A stretch of DNA of 64,000 nucleotides from a virus. The position numbers were made by a program, and so were the translations under genes. The notes beneath the pieces are model-generated. The model saw only the letters and a list, made by a program, of their open reading frames with translations. It ran no database searches and had not been told where the DNA came from. Below are positions 37,743 through 47,226 of this stretch, piece after piece. The stretch is from positions 33,241 through 97,240 of IMG/VR virus record IMGVR_UViG_3300028800_000064; one strand, 5' to 3'. Position 1 is the stretch's first letter; each line of letters begins with the position of its first letter.

Positions 37743-38081
37743 CTATAATCCTCCTGATTGATTTGAAATCTGTAGCTGGGCCGTGGTACTGCTTGCGTCC
37801 TTCACTTCAACAACAAAAACCGATGATCCCGCTACGGTGGGAACACCGGCCAAAACTCCAGAAGCACTCAGCGTTACCCCGGCAGGCAAAGAGCCTGACA
37901 GGATCAGCCAAGTGTACGGAGCTGTTCCTCCCGACGCCTGCAGTTGCTCCGCGTAGACGGCAGAGATTTGGGCGTTCGGAAGAGAAGTCGTGGTGATTTT
38001 GAGAGCCGCTGGCGGCGTGGGGCTCGGGTTGGACGCGCACCCCACCAGAAAAAGAACGAACACCAACCATAGTTTTTTCAT
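37743..38081 (-). CDS. Lipoprotein with one putative Ig domain
   Basis: Lipobox LVGC; ITTTSLP..ASGGTAPYTW..GSLPAG. Confidence 0.85.
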   Translation of the reverse strand: MKKLWLVFVLFLVGCASNPSPTPPAALKITTTSLPNAQISAVYAEQLQASGGTAPYTWLILSGSLPAGVTLSASGVLAGVPTVAGSSVFVVEVKDASSTTAQLQISNQSGGL

Positions 38082-38428
38082 TTGCTCTCCGGATGCGCGG
38101 CGTCGGTTTTGATTTCGTGGATGAGTGCTTTATCACCTTCGGCTCGCTGTTCCCCCGAGTCCCAGCCCCACAGTCTGCCGGGGTAGAGACTGCGACCACT
38201 TCGAATGTTTTCCGCGATCTCGCCGTGCGGCTTCGAGAGATCATACGGAGCCCCGAGAACGGCGGGCTTGGAAGTCGCGCGTTGGTAGTCAGGCAGCATC
38301 GCCGAAAATGAAAAGGTCACCTCTTGATCGGGGTTCAGATAAGAGAGCACCTGGGCGAGTCGGCTGCGCAGCTCGGAGACGGTCCACTTCTGTCCGTTCG
38401 ACGCAACGACAATGTTCACGGTTGGCAT
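38078..38428 (-). CDS. Hypothetical protein
   Basis: AGGAG RBS; coupled to the lipoprotein gene. Confidence 0.55.
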   Translation of the reverse strand: MPTVNIVVASNGQKWTVSELRSRLAQVLSYLNPDQEVTFSFSAMLPDYQRATSKPAVLGAPYDLSKPHGEIAENIRSGRSLYPGRLWGWDSGEQRAEGDKALIHEIKTDAAHPESK

Positions 38429-38436
38429 GATGGCTC

Positions 38437-39459
38437 CTATTCTTCCATGCTTTCGATGATCTTGTCCAGCTCTATTCGCGCGTTTGCGGGGAGGTGGTAT
38501 TCGAACCGCTTGCGAAACTCTTGAAGTCTTTGGAGTGGTCCGGGGGTCGAGGGAATGACCCAGGACTTCACGCACCGAAGCACATTCTTGATGGTGTCTG
38601 ACACCAGCACCCACTTCAAACCAGCGGCGGTCGCGCGCTGGATTTCATCTTGGGAGGAGACTGGGACCGCCTGATGGCCGTGGGTTCCCACGAACCATCC
38701 CAAACTATGCAGAGCCAATGCGGATGTGGAGGTGACATGAGAATCCACGTATCGCACGTCTGGGGCTTCTTGTTCTAGCAGTTCCACGGATCGCTGGCCC
38801 CCGTGCATGGTCCAGAGACGCGAGGTTTCATACGAAAGATCGAAGCCATCTACCATGCCGCGATCCCGATCCAGCTTGATGGTGCCTGGCGGAAACGAAT
38901 AACCACACTGGTAGCCTTGTGCGGTGGTGACGTAGAGACCGCCGACATAGATGCGGCCTGCTTCGTTTTCATCATCCAAGATGGTGGCAGGCTCATCGAC
39001 TACTTGGCGCACATTGCGTTGAATCGTTTCATAGTCCGAGTTGCGGACGCCTTCGATTCGGAACTGCACACCATTGCTGAAAGGGACAGATTCGGTGTAA
39101 ATGTTCAACACCGTGGCGTTGAAGGCGTCGTCATGTTCTAGCTTTGGTTGCCAGAGTTCGGAGCCGGAGTGAATCAACACGTTGTGACCAAGGCGCGTCA
39201 GCACCAAGAGAGCCAGCTTGTAACCTTCTCCAAATTTGCCGCGCAGGGTGGGATCATTTCGTTTGGAGGTCGAGCCTAGCACGAGCGTTTCAGGCGTGAG
39301 CCGCCCGGTGCCGGAGGAGATGACGAGATAATCGTCGTCCTCCAGGTAATCCATCTTGGCTCCGCCTTCGTCTAGGGCGTTCTGGTAGATTTCACGGATG
39401 GCTTCCCAAAGACCCCAGTGTTCGCAATACGTGGGTGCTAGCGGTAGTGTGAATTTCAC
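38437..39459 (-). CDS. GHKL (HATPase_c) ATPase-domain protein
   Basis: EAIREIYQNALD, GSTSKR, GKFGEGYKLAL. Confidence 0.85.
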   Translation of the reverse strand: MKFTLPLAPTYCEHWGLWEAIREIYQNALDEGGAKMDYLEDDDYLVISSGTGRLTPETLVLGSTSKRNDPTLRGKFGEGYKLALLVLTRLGHNVLIHSGSELWQPKLEHDDAFNATVLNIYTESVPFSNGVQFRIEGVRNSDYETIQRNVRQVVDEPATILDDENEAGRIYVGGLYVTTAQGYQCGYSFPPGTIKLDRDRGMVDGFDLSYETSRLWTMHGGQRSVELLEQEAPDVRYVDSHVTSTSALALHSLGWFVGTHGHQAVPVSSQDEIQRATAAGLKWVLVSDTIKNVLRCVKSWVIPSTPGPLQRLQEFRKRFEYHLPANARIELDKIIESMEE

Positions 39460-39761
39460 AGGAACCCATCCCGAGCGATTTTTTCGATCAGCTCTTGTTC
39501 TTGCTGCTGGATATCATCGGTATCTATCTCCGGAAGTTCTTCCGGTTTGAGATACCCGCGCGGGTGAGCGGGTTCAGTCTCTTTGTGGTCGAGATCGGAA
39601 TCGATGTCTGCGTGCGTAGTTTCAGTGCTCATCGGTTGCTCCTAGAGGGCCGCTGAGGCCCAGTCGCGGATTGGACGCCGCCATGCGACAGCGTTGTTTC
39701 CAGGTGTCTGCAACTGGGCCTAGTCGAGCCCAATTGATAGTTGCACGGATTGGCGGTCGTG

Positions 39762-40541
39762 TCAAGAATTTAATAGCAAAGTGCTTGATTTTTTCAGACG
39801 GCCTGGTGATAAATTTACGGCAGCTCCTGCAGAGCGTCCACGTTGGAACGCTTCTGTATTTCTGCCGCTTCGGGATCGTTGGGTGACCTCGGATGCTCCC
39901 CCATCTTTGATGGCTTTGGCGATCAAAGCCAAATCTTTGCTGATGTGAACCATGGCCGTGGATGAAGACGGGAGCCCGGCCATCCGCGCTTTGTGAGCAT
40001 CATAGAGTCGGGCGGAAACCGCCTGGGCGAAGCCCAAGAGCCAGGATCGCCGGTAGTCGCGCATCCACGCTCGGAAATTCCCATCCGCCTCTGCGCATTT
40101 TACGGCTTCGTTTATGTAATCATATTGCATACAGAGTGCGCTGAGACGATAGCCAAGCTCCAGCAGAGAGGTGAAGACGGAGCGGCATATTTCGCGATCC
40201 GAAGTACGGCCTACAAAGTAAATGCTGCTCCCGTTCGATGCTATCACGATATCACAGGTGTTGGAGCGGGCGATGCCTCGGGCGAGTTTTATTTGCCATG
40301 GGATTCTGCGCAGGCGGGAACAATCGAAGCCTTCCGTGACCGGATCGAATTTCTCCCATTCGATTGGTTCGGACTCTTCGCGGGCTTCAAACTCGACCTC
40401 GGACATGGAGAGCTTGTGTTCATCCAGCAATTGCTGGATTTTGTCAGCAAACGCCTCGGCTTCCTTGAGGTTGCCGATGCTGCGCGCCGACTTTTCGTGG
40501 GCAATCAGCTTGCGAAGCTTTTCGATGATCGGATTTTCCAT
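39762..40541 (-). CDS. DUF2786-family protein
   Basis: IIEKLRKL..EAEAF..LL..H.L; SWLLGF; AFQRG..AG. Confidence 0.85.
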   Translation of the reverse strand: MENPIIEKLRKLIAHEKSARSIGNLKEAEAFADKIQQLLDEHKLSMSEVEFEAREESEPIEWEKFDPVTEGFDCSRLRRIPWQIKLARGIARSNTCDIVIASNGSSIYFVGRTSDREICRSVFTSLLELGYRLSALCMQYDYINEAVKCAEADGNFRAWMRDYRRSWLLGFAQAVSARLYDAHKARMAGLPSSSTAMVHISKDLALIAKAIKDGGASEVTQRSRSGRNTEAFQRGRSAGAAVNLSPGRLKKSSTLLLNS

Positions 40542-41167
40542 TGTCTGCTCCTATTCAGAATGCGCTGCCTTGCATCGTGCAAGAAAGTTTTTTGCTGCGC
40601 GGTACCTTCGCGTTGTTGCCAAATAGGTGCGACACTTCATGGCGTTCTCCTCACCCTCTCGATACAGATCGATTTCATGTTGCACCATGAAAGCCAAATC
40701 GTCAATGGTTTTGTGTTGACCAACAAGATCGATGCCCACGTAGAGCCAAGCAGGCATTGCCTTGAGTGCAGCTTCGAAGCTGGGAAACGGGATCGCACCA
40801 CTCATTTGAATCCTCCTAGAATTCTACGGTCGATTCGACTTCCCCAGCGTCATTGCGTTTCACGAGAATGGTTCCATCACATTCCCAGTGATATCCTTCG
40901 GACAAGAGCTGACTGATGTCCGCAGCACTCCAAACTTGAACTGCGTGGAGTTGCCGTGTGTAGTTTTCAGACGGCAACCAGAAACGATAGGTCATGCGAG
41001 CACCGCCTTTGCTCGTTTTTTCCAGCAAACATACCTCTGACCCCATTTCTCAATCATCGTGTCGTGGTCGTGCATTGTCCAATAGTTCCGCCACTCCTGC
41101 ATCTCCTCGCGGGTGTGCATGCCGCAGTAATCCCAGTGGGTTTGGATGCCGGAGAACTCCCAATCGT

Positions 41168-41713
41168 TCATGCCAGCACCAACGAATCCATGGCGTCCTG
41201 CGCCAGCATCCCGTCATTTTCTTGCAGATAGACGAAAGCCGACGAAGGCGAGCGGTGCGCCAGAAACTGACTCACCGCGCCGATACGCTTGGTCACGTCG
41301 AACACAATCATGGCCGCACTATGGCGGAAGACGTGAGAGTGTGCGTAATCACTATGAATGCCCGCTGCATCCGCGTACTTGCGAAGGTTCAGGTTAAAGT
41401 ACTGCCGGGAGAGCCCGCCGAACAGGCGCGATTGGCGTTTTGTCTTGGCCAGATCGATCAGCGGCGTCATGTCGAAGGCCGGGTCCGCATCAATGTGCAG
41501 CGAGTGGGTGATGGCGTTTCCACGCTTAGCGGCGCGAATCTTGATGACCCACTTTCCCTCGCGCTCGAAGATGTCTTCGCCGCGCACGTTCAGCACTTGC
41601 GAGATTCGCGCGCCGGTGAAGAAACCCACGAGCATGGCCAGGTGGTGCATACGGTTCGTCTCGTGCGCCGCGCGGAAGATTTTAGCGAGTTCTTGCTTGC
41701 CGAGGTATTGCAT
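41168..41713 (-). CDS. Compact tyrosine recombinase, catalytic domain only (FimB/FimE-like size)
   Basis: TGARISQ, K, HSHVFRHS, LAHRS, VY: full R-K-H-R-H-Y set in 181 aa. Confidence 0.9.
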   Translation of the reverse strand: MQYLGKQELAKIFRAAHETNRMHHLAMLVGFFTGARISQVLNVRGEDIFEREGKWVIKIRAAKRGNAITHSLHIDADPAFDMTPLIDLAKTKRQSRLFGGLSRQYFNLNLRKYADAAGIHSDYAHSHVFRHSAAMIVFDVTKRIGAVSQFLAHRSPSSAFVYLQENDGMLAQDAMDSLVLA

Positions 41714-41892
41714 TACCGCACCACCTTTGCGCGTAGCGCGAAGAATTTCTTGACAGCTGCGTTGTAGGGTTTGGAGTACTTGTTGGCGGAGGTGAAGATC
41801 ACGAACTTGGCATCTACCGGGACTCCCTCTTCGGCGCACATGAGAGCCCAGAGGCGGGTCACTTTCGCTTGCGTCTTCTGCAGTTCGGTCAT
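41713..41892 (-). CDS. Small hypothetical protein coupled to the recombinase gene
   Basis: GGAGG RBS; TAATG overlap. Confidence 0.6.
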   Translation of the reverse strand: MTELQKTQAKVTRLWALMCAEEGVPVDAKFVIFTSANKYSKPYNAAVKKFFALRAKVVR

Positions 41893-42278
41893 GGTCACAT
41901 CCTCCATGCGAAGAGTATCGCACAAAGGCGGCAGGATTTGCAATAGTACGAAAGTACTGATTTTTGGCTAGTACTAGGTAAAAATTACCGCTTCGCATCC
42001 AGCGCGGCATCCAGCGAATAATAGCCCGGCTCGGTAGGCCCAGGTTCTAGTCCTGTCCGCAACACGAGGAAAAATGCGAAGTCGTTGAGCATGCGAGACC
42101 ATACATGGTACGGGCTAGTGGTGGCGTTCAACCCTAAGAGGTTGGCTCCGTCCAGGTTGGCTCTCTTTGATACTGCCGCTACGACCAACTCTTTTATGGA
42201 TTCAACTGTCGCTGAGAAGAGAACGGTTCCGGTTAGGCTGAGTAAGTCCATGATTCCTCCTATTTAATTTTGGGTATT

Positions 42279-42863
42279 TTATTTATGGGCCAGCGCGAGA
42301 ATGCGCGCGGAGTACCCCGCATCGCAGGTTGGGCATCCGACACCAGCTCCGTTGTAGAGCTGTACGCCTTCGGCGGTGCCGTGATCGTGAATGAGGCGGG
42401 CCATGATCTCGGAACCTACGCGGACGTTGGACTCTTCGTTGAAGAGATTCACGGAGCCTGAGAAGTCATAGTGATCCTTCCAGACGCTGGGTCGTACTTG
42501 CATTAGACCGATGGCACCCCGCGATGAGATCGCGAAGTTGTTGCAGTTGGATTCGGTGGCAACGGTCGCTGCCGCAATGGCGGGATCGAGCCCGGCGCGG
42601 AGCGCAGATTGCGCTGTCATCTCGACCAGCTCTGGCGTTGCGTCGGAACAACCTTGCGCGCGTCCAAACACTTCCGCTACGATCAGCGGCGCGGTGCGGT
42701 AGATCGAATAGTGGAGTGCCGGGGGATGCGGCATCTCGCGCGCGATTAGGGATCGCAAAACGGCATCGCGCGGTTGGGATGATGTGGTGTGACCCGAGAT
42801 CAGAGCTAGCGCCATCAGGCCCACCAGTGCAACCCAGATCGAAAGAGCGGTACGTACTTTCAT
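42279..42863 (-). CDS. Lytic transglycosylase (SLT) with N-terminal TM/signal
   Basis: ATES..AISSRGAIGLMQV, YNG. Confidence 0.9.
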   Translation of the reverse strand: MKVRTALSIWVALVGLMALALISGHTTSSQPRDAVLRSLIAREMPHPPALHYSIYRTAPLIVAEVFGRAQGCSDATPELVEMTAQSALRAGLDPAIAAATVATESNCNNFAISSRGAIGLMQVRPSVWKDHYDFSGSVNLFNEESNVRVGSEIMARLIHDHGTAEGVQLYNGAGVGCPTCDAGYSARILALAHK

Positions 42864-43276
42864 TGGACCCTCCTCAAAGCAAGTAAGAGCCTACCAGCAA
42901 TCCCCGCGAAGCGCAAGGGAAAAATTCCGTGGGGCTAACTTTGCTCTTGACAAGAAGGATACGAGGTGAGACATTGGTGTCCGGAGGATTCAAATGCACA
43001 CTCACATGCTTCGCACAATCCTGGTGACGTACGTGATCTGGGTGGCCGTGGCTTTGGTCGTGGGCCTTTTCGTATCTCGCGCCATGAGCGTAGGCTCGGG
43101 CAAGTGAGCGAACAGTGTAATCAGTGTGGTGGCTATGCGGGAGTAAATCCCGTCCAGCCGTGTGAGATGTGTTCGACCTTGATTTGTGGTCGCTGCAAGC
43201 TCAGCCATGAGATGGTCTGTACGGTTGCGCAAGCAATGAAACAACGTGGACAGGGACCAACCATTCGTAAGAAACC

Positions 43277-43693
43277 ATGAAGGCGCGGGCAATCCTCGGG
43301 TTGATGTTGCTGGCCACATCCGCAGTGTGGGCAGACGCGGACCCGTATCTCGCCCGGCGGGACGTGCGCGCCGCTGTCGCTTCGGTGCGCCGTGACACCT
43401 GGCAGAACGGGTTGCGCATCGAGTACGCTATCATTGTTCGTCCAGAAACAGCTTTGCATTCTCTGGACTGGTCATCGGGGACTCGCGAAGATGTGCCGAT
43501 CTACTTTCCGTGGGACAATCAAATTTTGGCGATTTTTCACACTCATTTGGACAAAGGTTTTGAAAGACCGTCGGAAACTGACAGAGAGCTGGCCATTGAG
43601 CATCGCACACCCATCTATGTGATCTCACAGTTTGCGATCTGGAAGGTTGCGCCGGATGGAGAAGTAAGTCTAGTTGAAGAATCAAAACACTGA
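43277..43693 (+). CDS. JAB/MPN-like metalloprotein with signal peptide
   Basis: E..FHTH..RPSETD..IYVIS. Confidence 0.7.
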   Translation: MKARAILGLMLLATSAVWADADPYLARRDVRAAVASVRRDTWQNGLRIEYAIIVRPETALHSLDWSSGTREDVPIYFPWDNQILAIFHTHLDKGFERPSETDRELAIEHRTPIYVISQFAIWKVAPDGEVSLVEESKH

Positions 43694-43699
43694 GGAGGA

Positions 43700-44749
43700 G
43701 TGATGAACAAACTGCAGCATTTTCCGGATAACGAGCAGACTGCCGAATACCTGAACCATCCATCCCACGCGCGTCCGGGAATTCACGTATTTCCGGCTGA
43801 ACTCGCGGTAGTCACCATGATGTCGAATCCTCTTCGTTGGCGATCTCGCTATGCCAACTACTGGAAATTTGAACGGCATGTCGCAGCGTCGGGAGCCAAG
43901 CTCTATACGTGCGAGATTGCTTTTGGGGAACGCGCGTTTGAGGTTACCGATCCCAAGAACCCGCAGCATTTGCAGCTGCGGTCTCAGGACGAATTGTGGA
44001 GCAAAGAAAACGCCCAGAATCTGATGATCCAGCGCGTGGCCGAAAGATACATCGCGTGCATAGACGCCGATTTGGTTTTCACGCGCACGGACTGGGCGCA
44101 GGAGACGTTGCATCAACTGCAGCATCATCCGGTGGTTCAAATGTACTCCCACCTCCAGGACGTGAATGCGGACGGCCAGCCGGTCGGAGGGGTAGCGGTC
44201 AGTGCCATGCATCTGCGGGATCAAATCGCCGCTGAGGACGGCTCGGACCTAAAGTCTCTGACCTCGTACGGCAAAGGGGAATCCGCGCGGGATAGCGTGG
44301 TGCGGCGGTTGGGTTGGGGATGCCCAGGCGGTGCGTGGGCGTATCGCAAGAGCGCGCTCGACGGGCTGGGTGGTCTCATGGATTGGATCATCATGGGCTC
44401 CGCCGACTACTACATGGCGAAAGCGTTCTTCGGCGAAGTCGAGGAAGTGTTGCAGCCTCACTATGCGCCGGAGTACAACCAGCTGGCTCGGGAATGGGAA
44501 CAGCGGGCACTGGCAACCGTGCAGAAGAGCGTAGGGATGGTGCCGGGGATGGTAATTCACCACTGGCACGGCCCCAAGCAACAACGCGGCTACGAGCTTC
44601 GGCCCGAGTTTTTGTCGTTCACTCAGTTCAACCCGCTGCGCGACATCAAAAAGGATTCACAGGGGCTCTACACGTTGGCAGGCACCAATCTCGCGCTCCG
44701 AGACAGTCTTCGTCTCCTTGCCCGTATCCGAAACGAGGATGGTCAATGA
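43700..44749 (+). CDS. Glycosyltransferase-like protein, GT-A fold
   Basis: WSKEN, CIDAD, PGGAWAYR, HHWHG. Confidence 0.7.
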   Translation: MMNKLQHFPDNEQTAEYLNHPSHARPGIHVFPAELAVVTMMSNPLRWRSRYANYWKFERHVAASGAKLYTCEIAFGERAFEVTDPKNPQHLQLRSQDELWSKENAQNLMIQRVAERYIACIDADLVFTRTDWAQETLHQLQHHPVVQMYSHLQDVNADGQPVGGVAVSAMHLRDQIAAEDGSDLKSLTSYGKGESARDSVVRRLGWGCPGGAWAYRKSALDGLGGLMDWIIMGSADYYMAKAFFGEVEEVLQPHYAPEYNQLAREWEQRALATVQKSVGMVPGMVIHHWHGPKQQRGYELRPEFLSFTQFNPLRDIKKDSQGLYTLAGTNLALRDSLRLLARIRNEDGQ

Positions 44750-44974
44750 AGCGACTGACGCGGGTGCTGGATTGCCTCGGGGGCTACCTGCTTCTGGTAC
44801 TTCTGGCACCCGGTCTCGGTTTCACCGCCGTTTGCGATTTTGGATATCTGCTGACGGGAGAACCGAAGCTGGCGGCGTTGTGGATGTTTGTGGTAGGTCC
44901 CGCATGCATGGGCGGCTTCATCTGGGTCACGGATCGATTCAAGACTTCGTGACGGATAGTAGAAGGTCAAGTTC

Positions 44975-45916
44975 ATGGCACTGGTCTATACAGAAATTGC
45001 GCGGGACCCGTTTCAGCGGCCCAATGAGAACCCGCTGAATCCGGCGAAGTGGTCCGCTACCTTCGGTCCCGAAGGTGGGCCGCTTGCCGTCAATAGCGAT
45101 TTGTGCATCAGTCCCTCAATCCTCAATGGTGGCGGGGAGCTGTGGACGGGAGATGCGATTCCGCCAAATCAGTATTCCGAGTGTACGATCCGCGACATCA
45201 TTGGAGAGACTGACATCGCGGTGCGGAGTAATCTGGATACCAACACCGCGACTTTGTATTATTTAGCTGTTCAAGGCTTTGACAATTTCTGGCAGCTTGT
45301 TGTGGTTGTCGATGGCGTGTATGAGCCCTTGCGCGAAGGGACTTTGACGCCCGTCGCGGGCGATAAAATGCGCATCGAAGCCTTCGGGTCTACCATCACA
45401 GCTGTGTACAACGGGCAGGTGCTGGCGACCGTGGAAGATTCGCAGGTGACTTCGGGCAGTCCTGGTGTGTACATCTACCCTGAGAATACACCAACAGATA
45501 CTTCGATCAGTTTGTACACGGCTGGCGTGATTACAGAGGCGGTGCCTGGTGGTGCGGGCATTCGGCTGCCGTTCAGCAAACGCATGACTGCTGCGGCAGC
45601 GGTCTTCGCGTGTTTGGCGATTGCATCCCCGCGCGGCGCGCAGCAGCTCACGACGATACCGGCGACGATTGCGGCTCTGGCTCTCTCTTATGCGCAGCTG
45701 ATAAAAATCTACCCGGCCCTCATTCATCAAGACACCGCGAACAATCTCGTTGATCTCTATGCGGCCATCGGGCTTGCTGTGATCGCCGTCGGTGCGCTGA
45801 ATACCACGCTCCAAGCGATGTCGGCGTCTGGCGATGCAGGCGTGCAGCTCCGCCAGATGCAAATCGTGGTCGCAAACGCCCTCTCAACTCTCAACAACGT
45901 GCAAGCCGATGAATAA
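44975..45916 (+). CDS. Hypothetical protein: lectin-like beta sandwich plus helical C-terminus
   Basis: GDKMRIEA.GSTITA.YNG..D..GSPG pattern. Confidence 0.55.
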   Translation: MALVYTEIARDPFQRPNENPLNPAKWSATFGPEGGPLAVNSDLCISPSILNGGGELWTGDAIPPNQYSECTIRDIIGETDIAVRSNLDTNTATLYYLAVQGFDNFWQLVVVVDGVYEPLREGTLTPVAGDKMRIEAFGSTITAVYNGQVLATVEDSQVTSGSPGVYIYPENTPTDTSISLYTAGVITEAVPGGAGIRLPFSKRMTAAAAVFACLAIASPRGAQQLTTIPATIAALALSYAQLIKIYPALIHQDTANNLVDLYAAIGLAVIAVGALNTTLQAMSASGDAGVQLRQMQIVVANALSTLNNVQADE

Positions 45917-46517
45917 GCTTTGTCCGCATTGCCACGGCCCGCTCTGGGGAGAGTCCGAGCAGGAAATGAATTGTTGTTTGATGTGTCGCCGGGAGGCATT
46001 GCTTCTCGGCAGTTGGCCAAATCAACCAGGAGAGACGACGATGAAACTGACCGATGAGCAGATCGACCGCGTGTTTGTGTTATGTGCTGAGATCGCCGCT
46101 GTACGGAAGGAATTGCCTGCCGCACCAGTAGGATTCAACGTAGGAATCGAAATGGCGCGGCATCTCCGCGTGAGTCTGGCGCAGCACGGCGCAGCTTTGC
46201 AGGAATTGGGTGGTATTCTCGCTGTCCGAGACGACCAATGAGAGCAGCGCCAGCTCCTGCGGCCATAGTGTTCTGGATCATCGTGCTTGTGACCGCCGTG
46301 TTGTTGATCTGCGGGTGGAACTCTTAGTCGCGCTCCACCCGCCGGGTTGAGAAGTTTGGGCCTTCCAGCAGGCGATCAATGGCCTGTTCCGTCAGAAGGC
46401 GCAGGCGGAATTTTTGTGCGTGATCTTCCGACATGAACTTATAGCCCGCGATTTTCTGCAGGTCCTCAAACTCTTTGAGGGCCATGAAGCGGATGGGGCG
46501 ATCTGGGTTCCATTCCA

Positions 46518-47027
46518 TTATTCCATCCCCTCCAGTTTTTTGATGATCGTGAGCGCCTGGGCTTCTGAGAGGTTCCGCAGATGGATGGAGAATTTGGCAT
46601 CCTCTTTCAATTCCCAGTCATTCACACCAAAGCGGGTCTCTTTCAAATCTAGATCGGATGCAGCCAAGGACCGCTTGAGCAAATCGTGCAGCTCTGCGGC
46701 TTTGTCTCGGCGTTCTATCATGCGGTTGTCTTTTTGTTTTTCTTCCTGCTTCCATTGTTCGATGCGCTTCATGGCAATGGGGAGGAGATTTTGAATTGCA
46801 CCCTCGCGGCTCAGTGCCTTTTCGGCCCAGTCAGTATTGATGAAGTGGCGAGCTTCCCAGAACTGGGAAGTACCAACTCCTGCGACACTGCGAAGCAGAC
46901 CGCCGAAACCAGGATATCCATGAGGAAACATGGTGTCGGTGGTGACGACAAATCTCCACTGCGCATCAGGGCACTCTTTCTTTTCGATGGCGTAAGGTCG
47001 TTCGTATTTCACATCCAAAATTTTCAT
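46518..47027 (-). CDS. Hypothetical protein
   Basis: GGAGG RBS and own promoter TTGACA-N17-TATTCT. Confidence 0.65.
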   Translation of the reverse strand: MKILDVKYERPYAIEKKECPDAQWRFVVTTDTMFPHGYPGFGGLLRSVAGVGTSQFWEARHFINTDWAEKALSREGAIQNLLPIAMKRIEQWKQEEKQKDNRMIERRDKAAELHDLLKRSLAASDLDLKETRFGVNDWELKEDAKFSIHLRNLSEAQALTIIKKLEGME

Positions 47028-47118
47028 GGGGACATCCTCCATGGCCCGAGAATAGCAAAAGCTCTTCCCGTTGTCAACAGTACGAAAGTACTGCCCAGGT
47101 TTTGGTACTAAAAAGAGG

Positions 47119-47147
47119 TTGACATCGGCGATGGCGTGTGGTCTACT
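47119..47147 (+). promoter_or_regulatory. Promoter for the Tas-like locus
   Basis: TTGACA-N17-TCTACT. Confidence 0.6.
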
Positions 47148-47155
47148 CGCTCGTG

Positions 47156-47203
47156 GAGGATGACCACGAAAACGTTGCAAACCAAGCTCACAATGTCATT
47201 CTC
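47156..47203 (+). ncRNA. Single TIGR-like guide unit in the leader
   Basis: GAGGATGA-CCA-cgaaaacgt-TG-caaa-CCA-agctcacaa-TG-TCATTCTC. Confidence 0.8.
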
Positions 47204-47226
47204 ACACTTGAAACCCGGAGATCAAC

